From Blastocystis sp. Blastoise (Eukaryota; Protista; Bigyra: Opalinata), in assembly GCA_039096225.1 (NCBI GenBank), contig JBBPEB010000013.1:1364001-1428000 (forward strand): a stretch of DNA of 64,000 bases, written 5' to 3'. Under the pieces are notes generated by a model that saw only the letters and a program-made list of their open reading frames with translations, searched no databases and was not told the origin of the DNA. The position numbers and the translations under genes are program-made. Each line of letters begins with the position of its first letter. Position 1 is the stretch's first letter. Below are positions 32,540-46,495 of this stretch, piece by piece.

Positions 32540-33520
32540 ATGGATGAATATGCTAAATATTATAACTTTCCAGAAAATGATATATGCAAAAAATTAATTT
32601 CTGATGAATACGAATATATCAGCAAAAAGAGCAATCATGGCAACTTTGATAGAGATTGTGTAACTCAACTTGTTCGTTTACTTCACAATGATGTTGAGCC
32701 TTCAGAAGAAGATATCGATAAATTTTTCGTCAATGGAAATACTTCTGTTACATGTGATGAATTCAAAACTGTTTTCTTAAAATTAAAGAATCCTGATAAG
32801 AATATTCAAGTCAAATCTATTTTCCAAAAAGATGAAATGAATGGTATATTTTAAAATATTTAAAGAGTTCCTCATCCAATATTATCAATTATTCATGTCT
32901 TTTGAATATATAGTTATTCCTATGAAGACACCTAGTTTCAATGTTATTCATTATAACACACCTACACTGACTATTTCTCCTATACGTATTCAAAAATTTG
33001 TAAATATATATATAAATATACTATTTTTTTTATTAATATTGATATATTTTAATTATATATAAATATTATAAATTTATATGTATATATATATAGAAATCTA
33101 AATCAATGTTCAAAGGCTTTCATGAACGTTTTGTCAAATTTGAAGATGTATATATATTATTATGTGTTTTTATTTATTATTTATTATTTATTATTATTTA
33201 TTATTATTTATTATTATTTATTATTATTTATTATTATTTATTATTATTTATTATTGTTTATTTATATATATTTATCTATGCTATTCTGTATTATTATAAA
33301 TTATTAAACTATATTATATATACTATACTATACTATACTTTATATAACGTATAGAATGCTTTTACTGTTAATGCTCAAGCTTCTGAGGGAGAACCTACAA
33401 AGACTATTCAATACTCAAGTATTATTGGTATTAATGAATATGTATATAATATACTCTATTTACTATTATTTTATTCATATATATATATGTTGAACTTTTT
33501 TATTCTATTTCAAGATGAAT

Positions 33521-33557
<37 letters not shown>

Positions 33558-36500
33558 ATTGCTATTATTTTTATAATATATAATTTGTCTACTATATATA
33601 TATAGAAGGATAAGAAGAGTAGCCCCTATTTATTCTCTATTAAAATGAAGGATGACGAAATGATATTTAAAGGAGCCAATGATCATGAAATGAAGTATAT
33701 ATATATATATATATATACTACTTAATATATTACAAATAACTTATGTTTCTTTAAATATATATACATATACATATATATCTTTATTAATATTATTTTAATA
33801 TATTTGTTTTTTAGAATAATATAATATAAATAATAATAAACATAATTATATAATTATATATAGGGAATTTATGTCTACCTTTGCTACTGTCGTAGCTCTC
33901 TATTATGCTTCTAATGGGTTTAACGATGATGATATGTTTATGAAGTATATATACTATATATATATACTATATATATAACATAATATAATTCTTTTTGTTT
34001 ATAGTTTTATAGAAGCTGGTGCTGATTTGAATGTTTCTTATGATAATTCTCGTCCTCTTCCTATAGTAGGATATCTAGTGAAACTGAAGAAATATGATTT
34101 AATAAAGAAGTTGATAAAAGAGAAAGGAGCTAAACCTGAAGTATTATTACGTTGGTCTCTTGTTATTACCGATAAAGCTATTACTCCTATGGATATACAT
34201 CGTATATTTACTGATTGTGGTATAGATATAAGTATATGCTCTGATGATAATACGAATATGACTCTTCTCTTATATTATGCTTATTATGGTAAATATAGAG
34301 AGATTGAAGATCTTATTAAGAATAATGAGGATAGTCGTGTAGCTACTTTATTCAGTGCTAGTACTACAGAACGAGATACTGCACTTCATATAGTACTGAC
34401 TTCTCCTGAAATTCGTAATAATGAACAACGAATTAAATTGGCTATGCTTATAGCTCCTCGTTGTACTTCGTATTTGAATAGTAATTGTCAGACTCCTCTA
34501 TTTATAGCTATTCAAATGGGGGCTATAGGTTTATGTTATTACCTTACACTTACTGTTCGTGGTAGTGGCTCTATACGTGATATTAATGGAAATACTGTAC
34601 TTCATCTTGCTATTAAGGCTGGATTATTGACTTATGCTCGTTATTATATGCAAGTCGATAATCTTATTCAATATTCCGATGCCGATTACCGCGGGGATAC
34701 TTCCTTCGTATTAGCTATTAAGAGTGAAGATGAAGAACTTGCTTGTAATATATTTAATAAGAATAATAATGTAGTATATCACCCTAGTAAACAATGGTCT
34801 AAACCCGATACTAACAAAGATACTACATTACATCAAGCTATTAAGTCTCATATGTCTACTTTATGTGATCTTATTATTAATAAATGTCCAGATACATTAC
34901 AAGTCTATGATACTTTAAATCAAACTCCTTTACATATTGCTATTAATAATGGTGTAGATCATACTGTAGATACTTTATTAAATACTCCTTCTGTTCGTGA
35001 ATATATTAATATGACCAATAAACCAGATAATCAAACACCTTTACATTTAGCTGTTAAATATGGTTTATATGATTTTGCTATGACTATGTATGATAAGGGT
35101 GCTGATGTTACGATTCAAGATAGTCAAGGTCTTACTCCTATTCATTTATTAGTATTATATCAACTTGGATTATTTAGTGCTGAACAAAAACATATGATGT
35201 CAGATGATGAAATTGTTACTTTAATGAATAAATTCTTAAGTAAACCTTGTGATATATCTGCTATAGCTACTTATGATAATCAAGGTATAACGAATGAAAC
35301 TGCTTTACATATGGCTATTCGTGGAGGTGCTAAGACTTTGAAATTAGCTCAAAAGTTATTATTACATCAAGATTCTCTCGTTACTCTACGTGATAGTAAT
35401 CAATGCACACCTTTACTTCGTGCTGTACATAGTGATAATATTGATATGTTACGTGCTTTAGAAGAGAAACATGCTTCTATTTTAGATGTAGATATCAATG
35501 AAGATTATCCTCTTCATATTGCTGTTCAAAATAATAATGCAGATATTGTGGAATATCTTGTTTGTACTGCTAAACCTAATAGTTATAGAAGACTTTGGGA
35601 TAGAAATGGCTATTGTCCTATTCATTTAGCTGCTCAAAAAGGTTATTCTGCTATATTAAAGAAATTATCTGTAAATTTAATCGATACTAATGTTCGTTCT
35701 CGTGATGGTTTAACTCCTTTGATGATTAGTATTCAAACTCCTTCTGTCGAATGCTTTAAGTATTTATTAGATAATAAAGCAGATCTCTTATTACTTTCCA
35801 ATGATAATAAGAGTTTATTTGATATCTTAGGAGAATGTATGAATAATTCTACTGAAGATTATAAAACTATTGCTTGTGAATTATTGAAATATAAACAATA
35901 TTTTGAATCTAATTGTTTTACTAATAATCATTCTTATGAAGATTTATATAAACGTTTCCAGAATGAGCTCTTTATTAATATGGAAGATATAACACCAGCT
36001 ACTCTTATAGATCCTATGATATCATCAAATCAAGACAGTGTTCCTATATATGATTCTCGTGTCCATGTTCCTCAACCTGATATACCTATACCTTCTTCTC
36101 ATTCTACTTCTAATATTATTAAACCAGCATCTTTCTCTACATCGAATATTCCTAAACCTGCGTCTATGCCTGTACCTGTACCTGTACCTGTACCTACACC
36201 TACACCTACACCTGTACCTGTACCTGTACCTACTCCTGTACCTACTCCTATTCCTGTATCTACTCCTATTCCTGTACCTACTTCTGTACCTACTCCTATT
36301 CCTGTACCTACTCCTGCTCCTATATCTATGTCTATACCTGTACCTAAACCTGCTCCTACTCCTATACCTACTCCTATACCTACTCCTATACCTACACCTA
36401 TGCCTAGAAATACACCTGAACCTATACCAATCTCTATTCCTGTACCTATACCTAAACCTGTACTTTCACGTGAATCTACACCTGTACTTACACCTGAACC

Positions 36501-37181
36501 TGAATCTGTACCTATGCCTGATTCTATTCATGATTCTATTCCTGAACCTTATGTTATTCCTCAACCTAAAGGACCTTCTCTTGGAGAACTTGCTAAAGAA
36601 CGAAAGACTAAAGAAAAACAATTATATGATCTTCGTGAAGAATTAAATAGAGTTCAAAATGAAGAAATTAATGCTCGTAATTCTATTAATACTCAGATTG
36701 AACTTAAGGCCAAACAAATAGTTGAATCGGATGTGGGTCGACAACGAATTGATAACCTAGTTCAACAACTTACTGCTAAAGATAAGAGTGTATGATATAT
36801 ATATATATATATATTATACTCTATTATATTATAATATATTATTAATATATATATATAGTTATCAATGAATGAAGCTGTGAATCAGGCTACTTCCAAATTC
36901 TATTCTGCTATTTATAAACGTACTCAAGAAAAGGTATATATATATATATATATACATACTTATTATTTATATTCCATATATAGAATACTATTAATATTAT
37001 ATCTCTATCTAAAATACTATTTTCTATTATTATTATTATATATATATAGTGTTATTCTCAATTAAGTGACTTCCCTAAGAGAATCTCTGAAATTCGTGCT
37101 AAGATTGAAGTTTTACAAATTGAAGTTAAATCTTTAAGAAATATTTTAGCTCCTAGTGAAGTTATTCCACCAACAAACTAA
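32540..37181 (+). CDS. Large protein: EF-hand-like N-terminus, PH domain, multiple ankyrin repeats, Pro/Thr/Val repeat linker, C-terminal coiled coil; 9 exons
   Basis: [23 protein letters not shown] (EF-like), [43 protein letters not shown] (PH), repeated TPLH/TALH motifs, (PVPTP)n; TAA 37179-37181. Confidence 0.8.
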
Positions 37182-37537
37182 TTTCTGTCTTTCTTTTTTT
37201 GTTGAATCAATATTTTATAAATAAATTCTTATATTCATTGTTCTGTTTTCATTATTGTATTTCATTTTCTTTATTTTATAATATAAAATTGGTTTCTTTT
37301 CTTACTTTTAGTTTGCATTTATAGAATTTTGTTATATTTTTATATTTATATACCACATAGTTACTCTATATTAAATTGAAGAAATATTTTCACACTCATT
37401 TTTTATGTTTAATAAAATAACAGGAAGATTTTATTTTGTGGAACAATTGAATGTTTTCCTCTAGAGAATTAAAAAATATTCATGGTTTTTCTTTTGAGAA
37501 ATGTATTTTTGTTTTATCATTCTTGTTTTCTATTAAT

Positions 37538-39432
37538 ATGGGTTGCTGTCAATCAAAACCAGATGTTGCGAGTGAATTCACAGATACTGTTCATGATGAA
37601 AGTGGAAATGAACAATCAGTAAAACAAAAGATTCTTTCTGGAGATGTTGCTTCTAATGATGGATGCTCAATTGTGTACAATGTAAATAGGTTATCGATAT
37701 AATTATTCATATTTATTTTATAATTAGATTCCTCAAGGAACAATTTTTCAATTACCTAATGTTGTTTCAGGATATGCTAATATCACATGTATAAATGGAA
37801 GAGTATATTTTATATTATTTGAAGTTACTAAAATGAATTTATTTATTTTATTAGGTCTGTATTACAGAAAATGGTGTTGATACTATTGTTGAACAAGCTC
37901 AAGTTATACAACATAAGAATACTGACAGTTTGTTTGCAAAACCCATTAATTGTATTTCATGTAGTATTCAATTTGATGGTCAATCTGTTCAAACTCAACG
38001 TATATACATACTTTTATGAATATACTGATTTTTTTTAATATTAATAATATTATATATTATTTAAAAGAGTTCATTCTATTATGAATATAAATGAATATAT
38101 ATATAAATATTATTTAAGAATTAATTATATTATGAATATAAATGAATATAAATGAATATATATAAATATTATTTAAAGAGTTCATTATATTATGAATATA
38201 AATGAATATCTATATATATATTATTTAAAGAGTTCATTATATTATGAATATATATGAATATCTATATATATATTATTTAAAGAGTTCATTATATTATGAA
38301 TATATATGAATATCTATATATATATTATTTAAAGAGTTCATTATATTATGAATATATATGAATATTTATATAGATGCTGATGGTTTTGTTGTTGAGAAAA
38401 GTACGGTTCAAGCAGTTAAGCATGAAGATCAAATTGAACGTTTATTTGTAGCTGAGAAGGATGACGTCGCATTTAAAGAATTGGAAATGAATGAACTTCA
38501 TTTATTAGTACTTATTCTAAATGATCTGTATATATATAATTAGAAAGATGATTTTATTATTATTATTATATAATTAATATATTGATTCTATTAATTCTAT
38601 ATTTCATTTTGATTATGAATGATTATATGTATTTATATATATAATACTTATTAAGGTATAATTATTAACATCAATAATAATAATAATTATTATTATTTAT
38701 TATTATAAATAGAATAAATATATATATATATATATAGGAAAAGTACAGTAAATCTCGTTAACATGTCGTTTCCTATAAAAGAAAGTGATATTAAAATGCG
38801 TATACAATTATATATATATATATTTAAATACTTTTTCTATATTATTCATTCATATATATTATTACGTGTCATTTCTACAATAATAATAGATAACAATATA
38901 TATATATATAGAAGATTTATGTGGAAAAGATAAGCGTGTAACCTGTTTCATTGTATTTATAAAGAAGAATCCTGTGGGAATTGCGACTATAGTTAATAAT
39001 CATCAAAATAAAGATATTCTAGAGATTTCATATATGCTGAGTTCTTCATTAAAAGGACAAGTATATGTATATATATATATATATATTCTAAATATTCTAA
39101 ATATTCTAAATATTCTATATTCTATAGTAAATTAAATATAATAATTTCAATATATATTTCTACATTAAAATAACTATGTTATTTCTCTATAGAATTATGG
39201 TGTAAAAACATTGATGTTATTATTATATTATATTAAGAAGAATCGTCCCTGTGAAACTATAGCTATTCAATGTTATGAACGTAATACTAATACTGTAGAA
39301 CTATTAAAATCTCTTCATTTCGTAGAGAATAATGATTATGCATTTACGTCTCTTTTAAATGTAGAAGAAAAGGTGATTTTCTTTAAATTAGGCTATGAAC
39401 ATCTCGATGATATATTAATCAATTTCAAGTAA
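37538..39432 (+). CDS. N-acylated (MGCCQS) protein with C-terminal RimJ/RimL-type GNAT acetyltransferase domain, 7 exons
   Basis: MGCCQSK myristoylation/palmitoylation motif; NPVGIATI..EISYMLSSSLKGQNYGVKTL..CYERNTNTVELLKSLHF fits GNAT motifs A/B; canonical introns keep frame. Confidence 0.7.
38050..38365. repeat. Intronic minisatellite (~50-nt unit ATATATTATTTAAAGAGTTCATTATATTATGAATAT..)
   Basis: About 6 tandem degenerate copies. Confidence 0.85.
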
Positions 39433-40053
39433 AATAAATATTTCATTAGAAATTGTGTTTTCTCTATTCGTCTATACATTATTATATATCAATAATTCGT
39501 TATTTCTTTTTTCTCGTAGATATTTATATACATCAGTATTTGTAAATTTCTTTTCTAACTCCTAGTTTTATATAAATCTTAGTATGTTTTTCAATTTCTA
39601 TTTTTTTTTCATTATTCTATATCGTATTTGTTAATTTCATCTTTTTTTGTTGTCTATTATTCTTGCTTTTGTTTGTAGATAGTATTATAACTACTTGACA
39701 TGATTATCTCTAATAAATATAGTTTTAAATGCATCTTTTTCATATTATCATTTTATTCAGGAAAACTCAATGATTTATTTCAAGACAGAATCGTTAAATA
39801 AATAAAATAATAATATAATAAATTTTGTTTTAGATTAAACAAAACAAATATTGAGAAGAAATCAAAAAATATATAAATGCATATATAAAAACAAAAAAAA
39901 ATATATATATAAGCTTAAAACAACTTGTATGAAGAAAAACAAGAAGAAAAAATGTTAATAAAATATATATATATTGAAAAAATAGATATATAAAGCATAT
40001 GATTAGAGAAAAGAGAATAGGATATAAATATATAAATAAACTTATAATTCTTA

Positions 40054-41094
40054 TTACAGTTTATCAATCATATCATAAGAAGGAACAAAGAAATAAGCCC
40101 CAGTAACTGGTTTTATATAAGTTAAAATAGAATCTACAATTTGGTCTTCTGCTAAACCATTCATTGATTTTAATATAGAATCATGATTATGTAGAGAAGA
40201 AGCATAAGCAGTAAACCATAGTCCTTTTTCACCAGAAACACTAGCATAAGGCATAGATTGACGAACTATTTGTAATTGATTTCCATTCTCCGATACATCT
40301 GCACGAGATATATGAGCTTTCATTGGTAAAGGACTCAATTCTGTACTATCATTCTTTGTACGACCAATGACTTGTTCTTGCTGATCTATATCTAATTTCT
40401 CCCATTTCTTCAGACGATGAACATAACGTTGAACAAAAACATAAGAACTAAAATCTTTAGTAATTGCTGCTTTCTTTCTTTCATCATGTCCATGAGGATT
40501 CATTGTTCCATCAATAAAACCAGTTAAATCACGACCATTCTTGTAAGAGAATCCAAATTGTTCATCAACAAGAGTCAAGAGATCATCACTTCCATTTAAT
40601 AAAGATACAATCTTACGAGCAGCATCTAAATTAGCATCAAGTTTAGCACTATGTATATGTATATAAATATCTGTCTGAGTAGCAGGAGACTTTCCATAAC
40701 CAGGGAAATTAATTAATTCAGGTGCAGAACTCAATAACTCAGTCTTTCCATCTATTAATTGCTTCCACATTTTCTTTCCGAATGATATGGTTCCTGTGAT
40801 TTGTGTATCATGATCTCTGGAGTAGAGAATAAGAACATCACGGAATTTCTTAATAGCATTAATCAAATAAACTGTTCTTTCATGATCTAAAATGTCATAT
40901 TTAACATCAAAAATACCAAAGTATGCGAAAGGATCTCCTTCAGGCAAAATACCATTCTGAAAAGGCTCATCCATTGTGATTAAAGTACGTTTGAGAGTCT
41001 GAACATTAGCTGTTTTATAATAGACACAAAAGATCATAGCAACACCAAGCAAACATAACAGTTGACGTTTTCTATTGTAGGATAACATGATCAT
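40054..41094 (-). CDS. Dyp-type (dye-decolorising) heme peroxidase, YfeX/DypB-like, intronless, with N-terminal signal anchor
   Basis: PATQTDIYIHI, RDLTGFIDGTMNP (GXXDG), QEQVIGRTK, AHISRA (proximal His), IVRQSMPY (distal Arg), PVTGAYFFVPS. Confidence 0.95.
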   Translation of the reverse strand: MIMLSYNRKRQLLCLLGVAMIFCVYYKTANVQTLKRTLITMDEPFQNGILPEGDPFAYFGIFDVKYDILDHERTVYLINAIKKFRDVLILYSRDHDTQITGTISFGKKMWKQLIDGKTELLSSAPELINFPGYGKSPATQTDIYIHIHSAKLDANLDAARKIVSLLNGSDDLLTLVDEQFGFSYKNGRDLTGFIDGTMNPHGHDERKKAAITKDFSSYVFVQRYVHRLKKWEKLDIDQQEQVIGRTKNDSTELSPLPMKAHISRADVSENGNQLQIVRQSMPYASVSGEKGLWFTAYASSLHNHDSILKSMNGLAEDQIVDSILTYIKPVTGAYFFVPSYDMIDKL

Positions 41095-41474
41095 AAGAGT
41101 ATATAATTGTAAGAATAATATATGAAAGAAAAAAATCTATTTAGGTTCTTTAAATAGAATCACGAGAAAATGATTCTTTTCAGCTGTATTTTCATTCGTT
41201 TTCAAGTTTTTATGTGTATATTTAAAAAAAATAACGTAATTACTATAATAAATAGGAATAAAATACTTGTAAATATATATATGTATATGTACATACATAT
41301 GAGCAAAAATGATGCCTGAAACTATTATTATTGATGTATGAAAAAGAAAATAGTTTTAATTTTGACGAAAATAACAACGGAACAACTTATAATATATTCA
41401 GTGTATCATTAAATAATTACTTTAATGAATACAGTTATAGGATTAAAAAAAAATAATAAAATGATTGTAGCAAT

Positions 41475-42200
41475 TTAAGGAAGAGGATCGAGAACACATC
41501 CTTTTTGAAGAATAATATTAGCATAACGTGCAGTTTCACTAAATAATAATTAAAAAAAATTAGATTTCATTGATAAGAGGAAATATTTAAAACTATAGGT
41601 AAATGAAAAGTTGAAATAAATCATAAAACAAAAATAATTATTTGAAATAACTTTGAATTGAGAATAAATGATGATATATGATTAAAAAGAAATAAAAAAA
41701 CTTACCCAGTAGCAACAACACAATAGCATTTCTTAGCACGTTCATAGAATTCAAATCTTTCGACAAATTCCATCTTAATCTAAATAGAATAGAATGATAA
41801 ATGATTTGAATAGTAGATGAAAAAAATATATGTAAATAATATTAAAAAAATAAGAAAAAATGAAGAAATCACATACAGGTTTGCCTTCAGATTCACTCAT
41901 GATCTTTTCGTATTCATCATAGACAGGAATAACTAAGTCTTTATCACATTCCATCTTTTGCATAACCATAGCAGGGCAATCGACATAAAGATCAAGAGGC
42001 ATCAAACGGCAGATACCAGTGAGAAGTCTAGGAATGTCATGACCATCACAACGAATAATACCTCCAGGACAATTAGAAGCAATAGAATCAGCAGGGAAGT
42101 TGTTATCGGCAAGAACGATTTGATCACCATGGCCCATTTTAGCAAGAATACAAAGTAATTCTGGGGGAATACAGCTGGATATACCTTTGAGAGCAGGCAT
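41475..42200 (-). CDS. fucU: L-fucose mutarotase (RbsD/FucU family), 3 exons
   Basis: [65 protein letters not shown]. Confidence 0.95.
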
Positions 42201-42404
42201 TGTATAAAAACAAGCAGAAAACTGAAAGGAAGAACAATGAAATAATAATGTTCTGGGTTGTATCAACAAAAATGTTAACTATTTTTCATGGAAATACATC
42301 AGCGAACCTCTATTCTTTTAGATATAACAGTGAATATTTACAGATTTTTTGTTTTTATCTTTTTATTCTTATTGTTCTGAGAGATAGGTTAATTGTGATA
42401 AATT

Positions 42405-43632
42405 ATGAGTATAGGGCTACTGGACAATAAGAAAGTGAATAAGATCTGCGTATACCTGCAGGCTGTTGGTGAAAGATTGAAGTTTAGTGAGAATATTATC
42501 GCAAGTTCTATCATATTTTATTTCCGATTTATAAGAGATGGACCAAAAAATACATTTGAAGATTATATATTAGGTACAGCGTGTTTAATGCTTGCTTCAA
42601 AAGTATATTTTGTTTATCTATTTAGTTCTATATGAGATTTATATAATCAATTTATGAAAAATGATATAAATTGACTTTCTATATAGGCTCACGACGAAGA
42701 TCGAAAGATTCGTGATATTTTAAACTGTTGTGAATTGATATCTAAGGGAAGAGTGATTGAAGAGCTGACAGAAGAGTATTTTACTATATATAATTAAAAC
42801 TATGGTATTTCATTTGATAATTCTCTAGATACTGGAAAAAGAAAGATAAGATTGTTGAATGTGAACAAGTTTTATTACGTACCCTTGCGTTTGATGTTGA
42901 ATGCACTCATTCGTATATAGTTATTCTCGATATTAAATAAGAAAATGATTATTCTTTGATATCTGTTTTTTTACTATTAATAATATTTTCTCTAGATTTC
43001 CTTTTATGTTGAATTATGCTCATAGTTTGCATATACCTGCAGAGGTTGTTCAAGTTTCTTGGGCTCTTTTAGTAGATAGTTATTCTACAGATATAGTTAT
43101 GAAATATAAACCTTCTTTATTAGCTGTCTCCTCTATATATATAGCATTACAATTTGTACCTGTATATTTTATTTTTTTGTGTTTTATTATTTTATTATTT
43201 TATTATATTATTATTTTATTATATTATTATGTTTTATTATGTTATTATTTTATTTATATTATATTATTATATTATTTATATTATATGTTTTATTATATTA
43301 TTATCTTATCATTCAAATAATATATTAATCCTAATATATATTTTATTTATCAATACATATATATCGTATTCTATCTATTATTATTTACATTATTTCATGA
43401 AATATATTATTATATATGTATATAGAACTCTATTGTATTACCTCGTGTACATGGTGGCTGGTGGTCTATTTTTGATTGCAAGTATATATGTCTTTATATA
43501 TAAATATAATACTGATTTCTTTATTGTTTATATATGTTTTCTTATTATAGAACCGAGGAAGTTAAGGATTGCTCATTAGACTTACTTTCTATATATGAAA
43601 CTATTAATAGTAACAATACTACACATTCATAA
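42405..43632 (+). CDS. Transcriptional cyclin (cyclin Q/L/K/T group; most like cyclin Q/FAM58), 6 exons
   Basis: GTACLMLASK, RKIRDILN, EEYWKKKDKIVECEQVLLRTLAFDV, SWALLVDSY..YKPSLLAVSSIYIAL, WWSIFD. Confidence 0.8.
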
Positions 43633-44081
43633 CACTTTCTTTTCAACTTTTTCAACTTTTTTATTATACTTTATTTTTTTTATTTTCCACATTTTTCATT
43701 TTTTCTCTAGTTGATTTTTTCTTTGATTATAGTAACATATTATGCTAATGCATAATTTAAAGATTCATTTTGTTTGATTTTTTTATATATTAAAAACAAG
43801 AATAATTCCATGTAGCAAATCATGATAGTAACGACAAGAAAGTATTTATAGGAAAAATGTATAACATATGAAAGAAAAAAACATAGAATATGTCTTCCCA
43901 CCTTCTCCTTGATTATTTTCACAAATTGGCTCCGAATATTTGAAAAAATCATCTTTTTAAAATATTGTTGCTTATTTTCTTGTTCTTTATCCGTTCATTA
44001 ACAATTGTAAATAGTCATTATTAGTATTCACAAGAAGTGAACATTGTTTCTATAGATTTAGTGAAATTAAATAGAATAAGA

Positions 44082-45285
44082 ATGGAATCCTCAAATTCAA
44101 ATGGTGAAACTCTACCTCAACAAGATCCTAACGTTGATATTGAGATGGAGGAGTTAGATAAACCTATACGTAGACAGCGTTTAATGATAGAAAAAATTGT
44201 TTTAGAAAATTTCAAGTCATATGCTGGAATTCAAGTAAATAATACTTCCAGAATATTTATATGATTATTTAAATTTCTTCTATCAAAATTAATATCTATT
44301 TAATATCACTAGGAAATTGGTCCTTTTCATAAATCGTTTACTTCTATTGTTGGACCTAATGGGAGTGGCAAGTCAAATGTTATTGATGCCTTACTATTTG
44401 TATTTGGTAAGCGTGCATCAAAATTAAGACTAAAAAAAGTTTCTGAGTTAATTCACAATAGTGCCGAACATCCTAATTATACATATGCAAGCGTAGCTGT
44501 ATATTTCACAGATATTGAAGATCAAGAAGATGAAGATGCGTATGTTTATTCTATTATATGTTTTATATACAGAATAGTTATATATATATTATTTTATTGA
44601 TTTGTTTACTTTAAAATAACTTTATGAATAGAAATTTTATTTAGTAATTTTAATATATATATAGATATATATACATATATTTATCTATTTTATTATAATA
44701 AATATATATATAGATATATACGTATTCCAAATACTCAGATAAAAATAAGTCGTGTCGCCCGTCGTGATAACCAATCAGATTACTATATAGATGACCGAAA
44801 AAGTTCTTTTAGGGAGGTAACAGAATTACTTAAAGGTAGGGGAATTGATTTAGATAATAATCGATTTCTTATTCTTCAGGGAGAAGTCGAACAAATAGCA
44901 CTGATGAAACCTAAAGTATATATATATATATATATAGAATAATAATAATAAAAGTTATTAATCGTTATTATAAAGATATTATTATTATTATACATGAAAT
45001 ATTAATCTTTTTTGCTATAATGATATGTTTATATGTTATGTATAATAATAATAATTATATATGTTATCATATATGTATATATATATATAGTCAACAGGTG
45101 AGAATGATGAAGGGTTATTAGAATACTTGGAGGAGATTATTGGTAGTAATAAGTATATACAAGATATAGAAGAGAAGGAGAAGGAGATGGAAACTATTAA
45201 TGAACAACGACAGGAACAACTCAATAGAGTTAAAGTATAGATATAGTAGTGTTATCTGAGATATTATTATTATTATTATCTGAGA

Positions 45286-45327
<42 letters not shown>

Positions 45328-45328
45328 C

Positions 45329-45389
<61 letters not shown>

Positions 45390-46451
45390 CTATATATATC
45401 TATATATATATAGTTAGTACAAAAAGAGAGAGATGGATTAGAAGATGCTAAAGTCGAAGCAGAAAAATATATAGATTTAGAGAGAGATATACTTGTCAAG
45501 AAGGGATATATAGTTCAAAAACAACTTGTTATGGAGAAAGAAGGATTAGAAACACTTGAAACAAAACGTAACGGACTGGAACAGTCATTTAAAGAAAAAA
45601 CTGATAAATATAAAGAAAATGAGGCTGTCTTAAAAGAAAAATCTGCTCAATTTCATAAAGTAGAAAAAGATTATGAAGAAATAACCGTGAATATGCAAAA
45701 AACAAAGGAACAATATAATACCTTTGAAAGAATGGTATCTATATATTTGTATAGTTATTATTAAGTCTATTCATATATATTTTTTTCGTATTATTATGAT
45801 TAGTATACTTATTATTATGTTAAATATAATATTTATTATGATCCAATAGGATATTGAATATCATGAGGAACTAAAAGGATATAAGAACACAATTAAACAG
45901 TTAACCAATAAGATTACAAGTTCTACAAGTACTATCGAATCAAATACCAAAAGCATTTCTGATTATGAAACATCTCTTCCTCAATTGCAAAAGACGTTAC
46001 AATTCGCACAGGAACAGAAAGATATTGAAGAGGAGAAACTAGAGAAACTCATGACACAATTAAAAGAAATTACAAAAGATCTTCGACAGAAGAAGGAAGC
46101 TATACAGGTATATATATATAGAATTATATTATAATAATAATAATATATAGAAGAAAATGAATCCGTTATTACAGCAAAAGTCTGAATTTGAGAATAAGAT
46201 GCGTCTGATTGATACTGAAATGGATTGTATAACGAAAAGAGACCATCAGCAGGAACAGGAACGTGTTGATTTATATAAACAAAAAGAGAACCAAGAAAAT
46301 AGTTTATCACAATATAAAGTTGAATTAGAACAAACAAAACAATTATTCGAAACAAAGAGTAAGGAGATGGAGACAGTTAAGAATGCTATATATATGTTAA
46401 ATATGGATATAGAACGTATTATGGGAGAATTAAAGAATAAAAGACAACAGG

Positions 46452-46495
<44 letters not shown>

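Noticed and set aside
36038-36646. 202-aa Leu/Tyr-rich overlapping ORF
   Set aside because: Alternative frame of the CCTRYA Pro-rich coding repeat
38050-38365. CRISPR-like array
   Set aside because: Degenerate tandem minisatellite without unique spacers, inside a spliceosomal intron; no cas genes
40054-40070. Peroxisomal PTS1 or encapsulin cargo peptide at the Dyp C-terminus (..DKL)
   Set aside because: DKL is not a canonical PTS1, there is no GSLxIGSL-type cargo peptide, and an N-terminal anchor is present
40054-41094. Bacterial contamination or chimeric assembly
   Set aside because: AT-rich codon usage matches host genes, the flanks are host-like, and the neighbours are intron-containing genes
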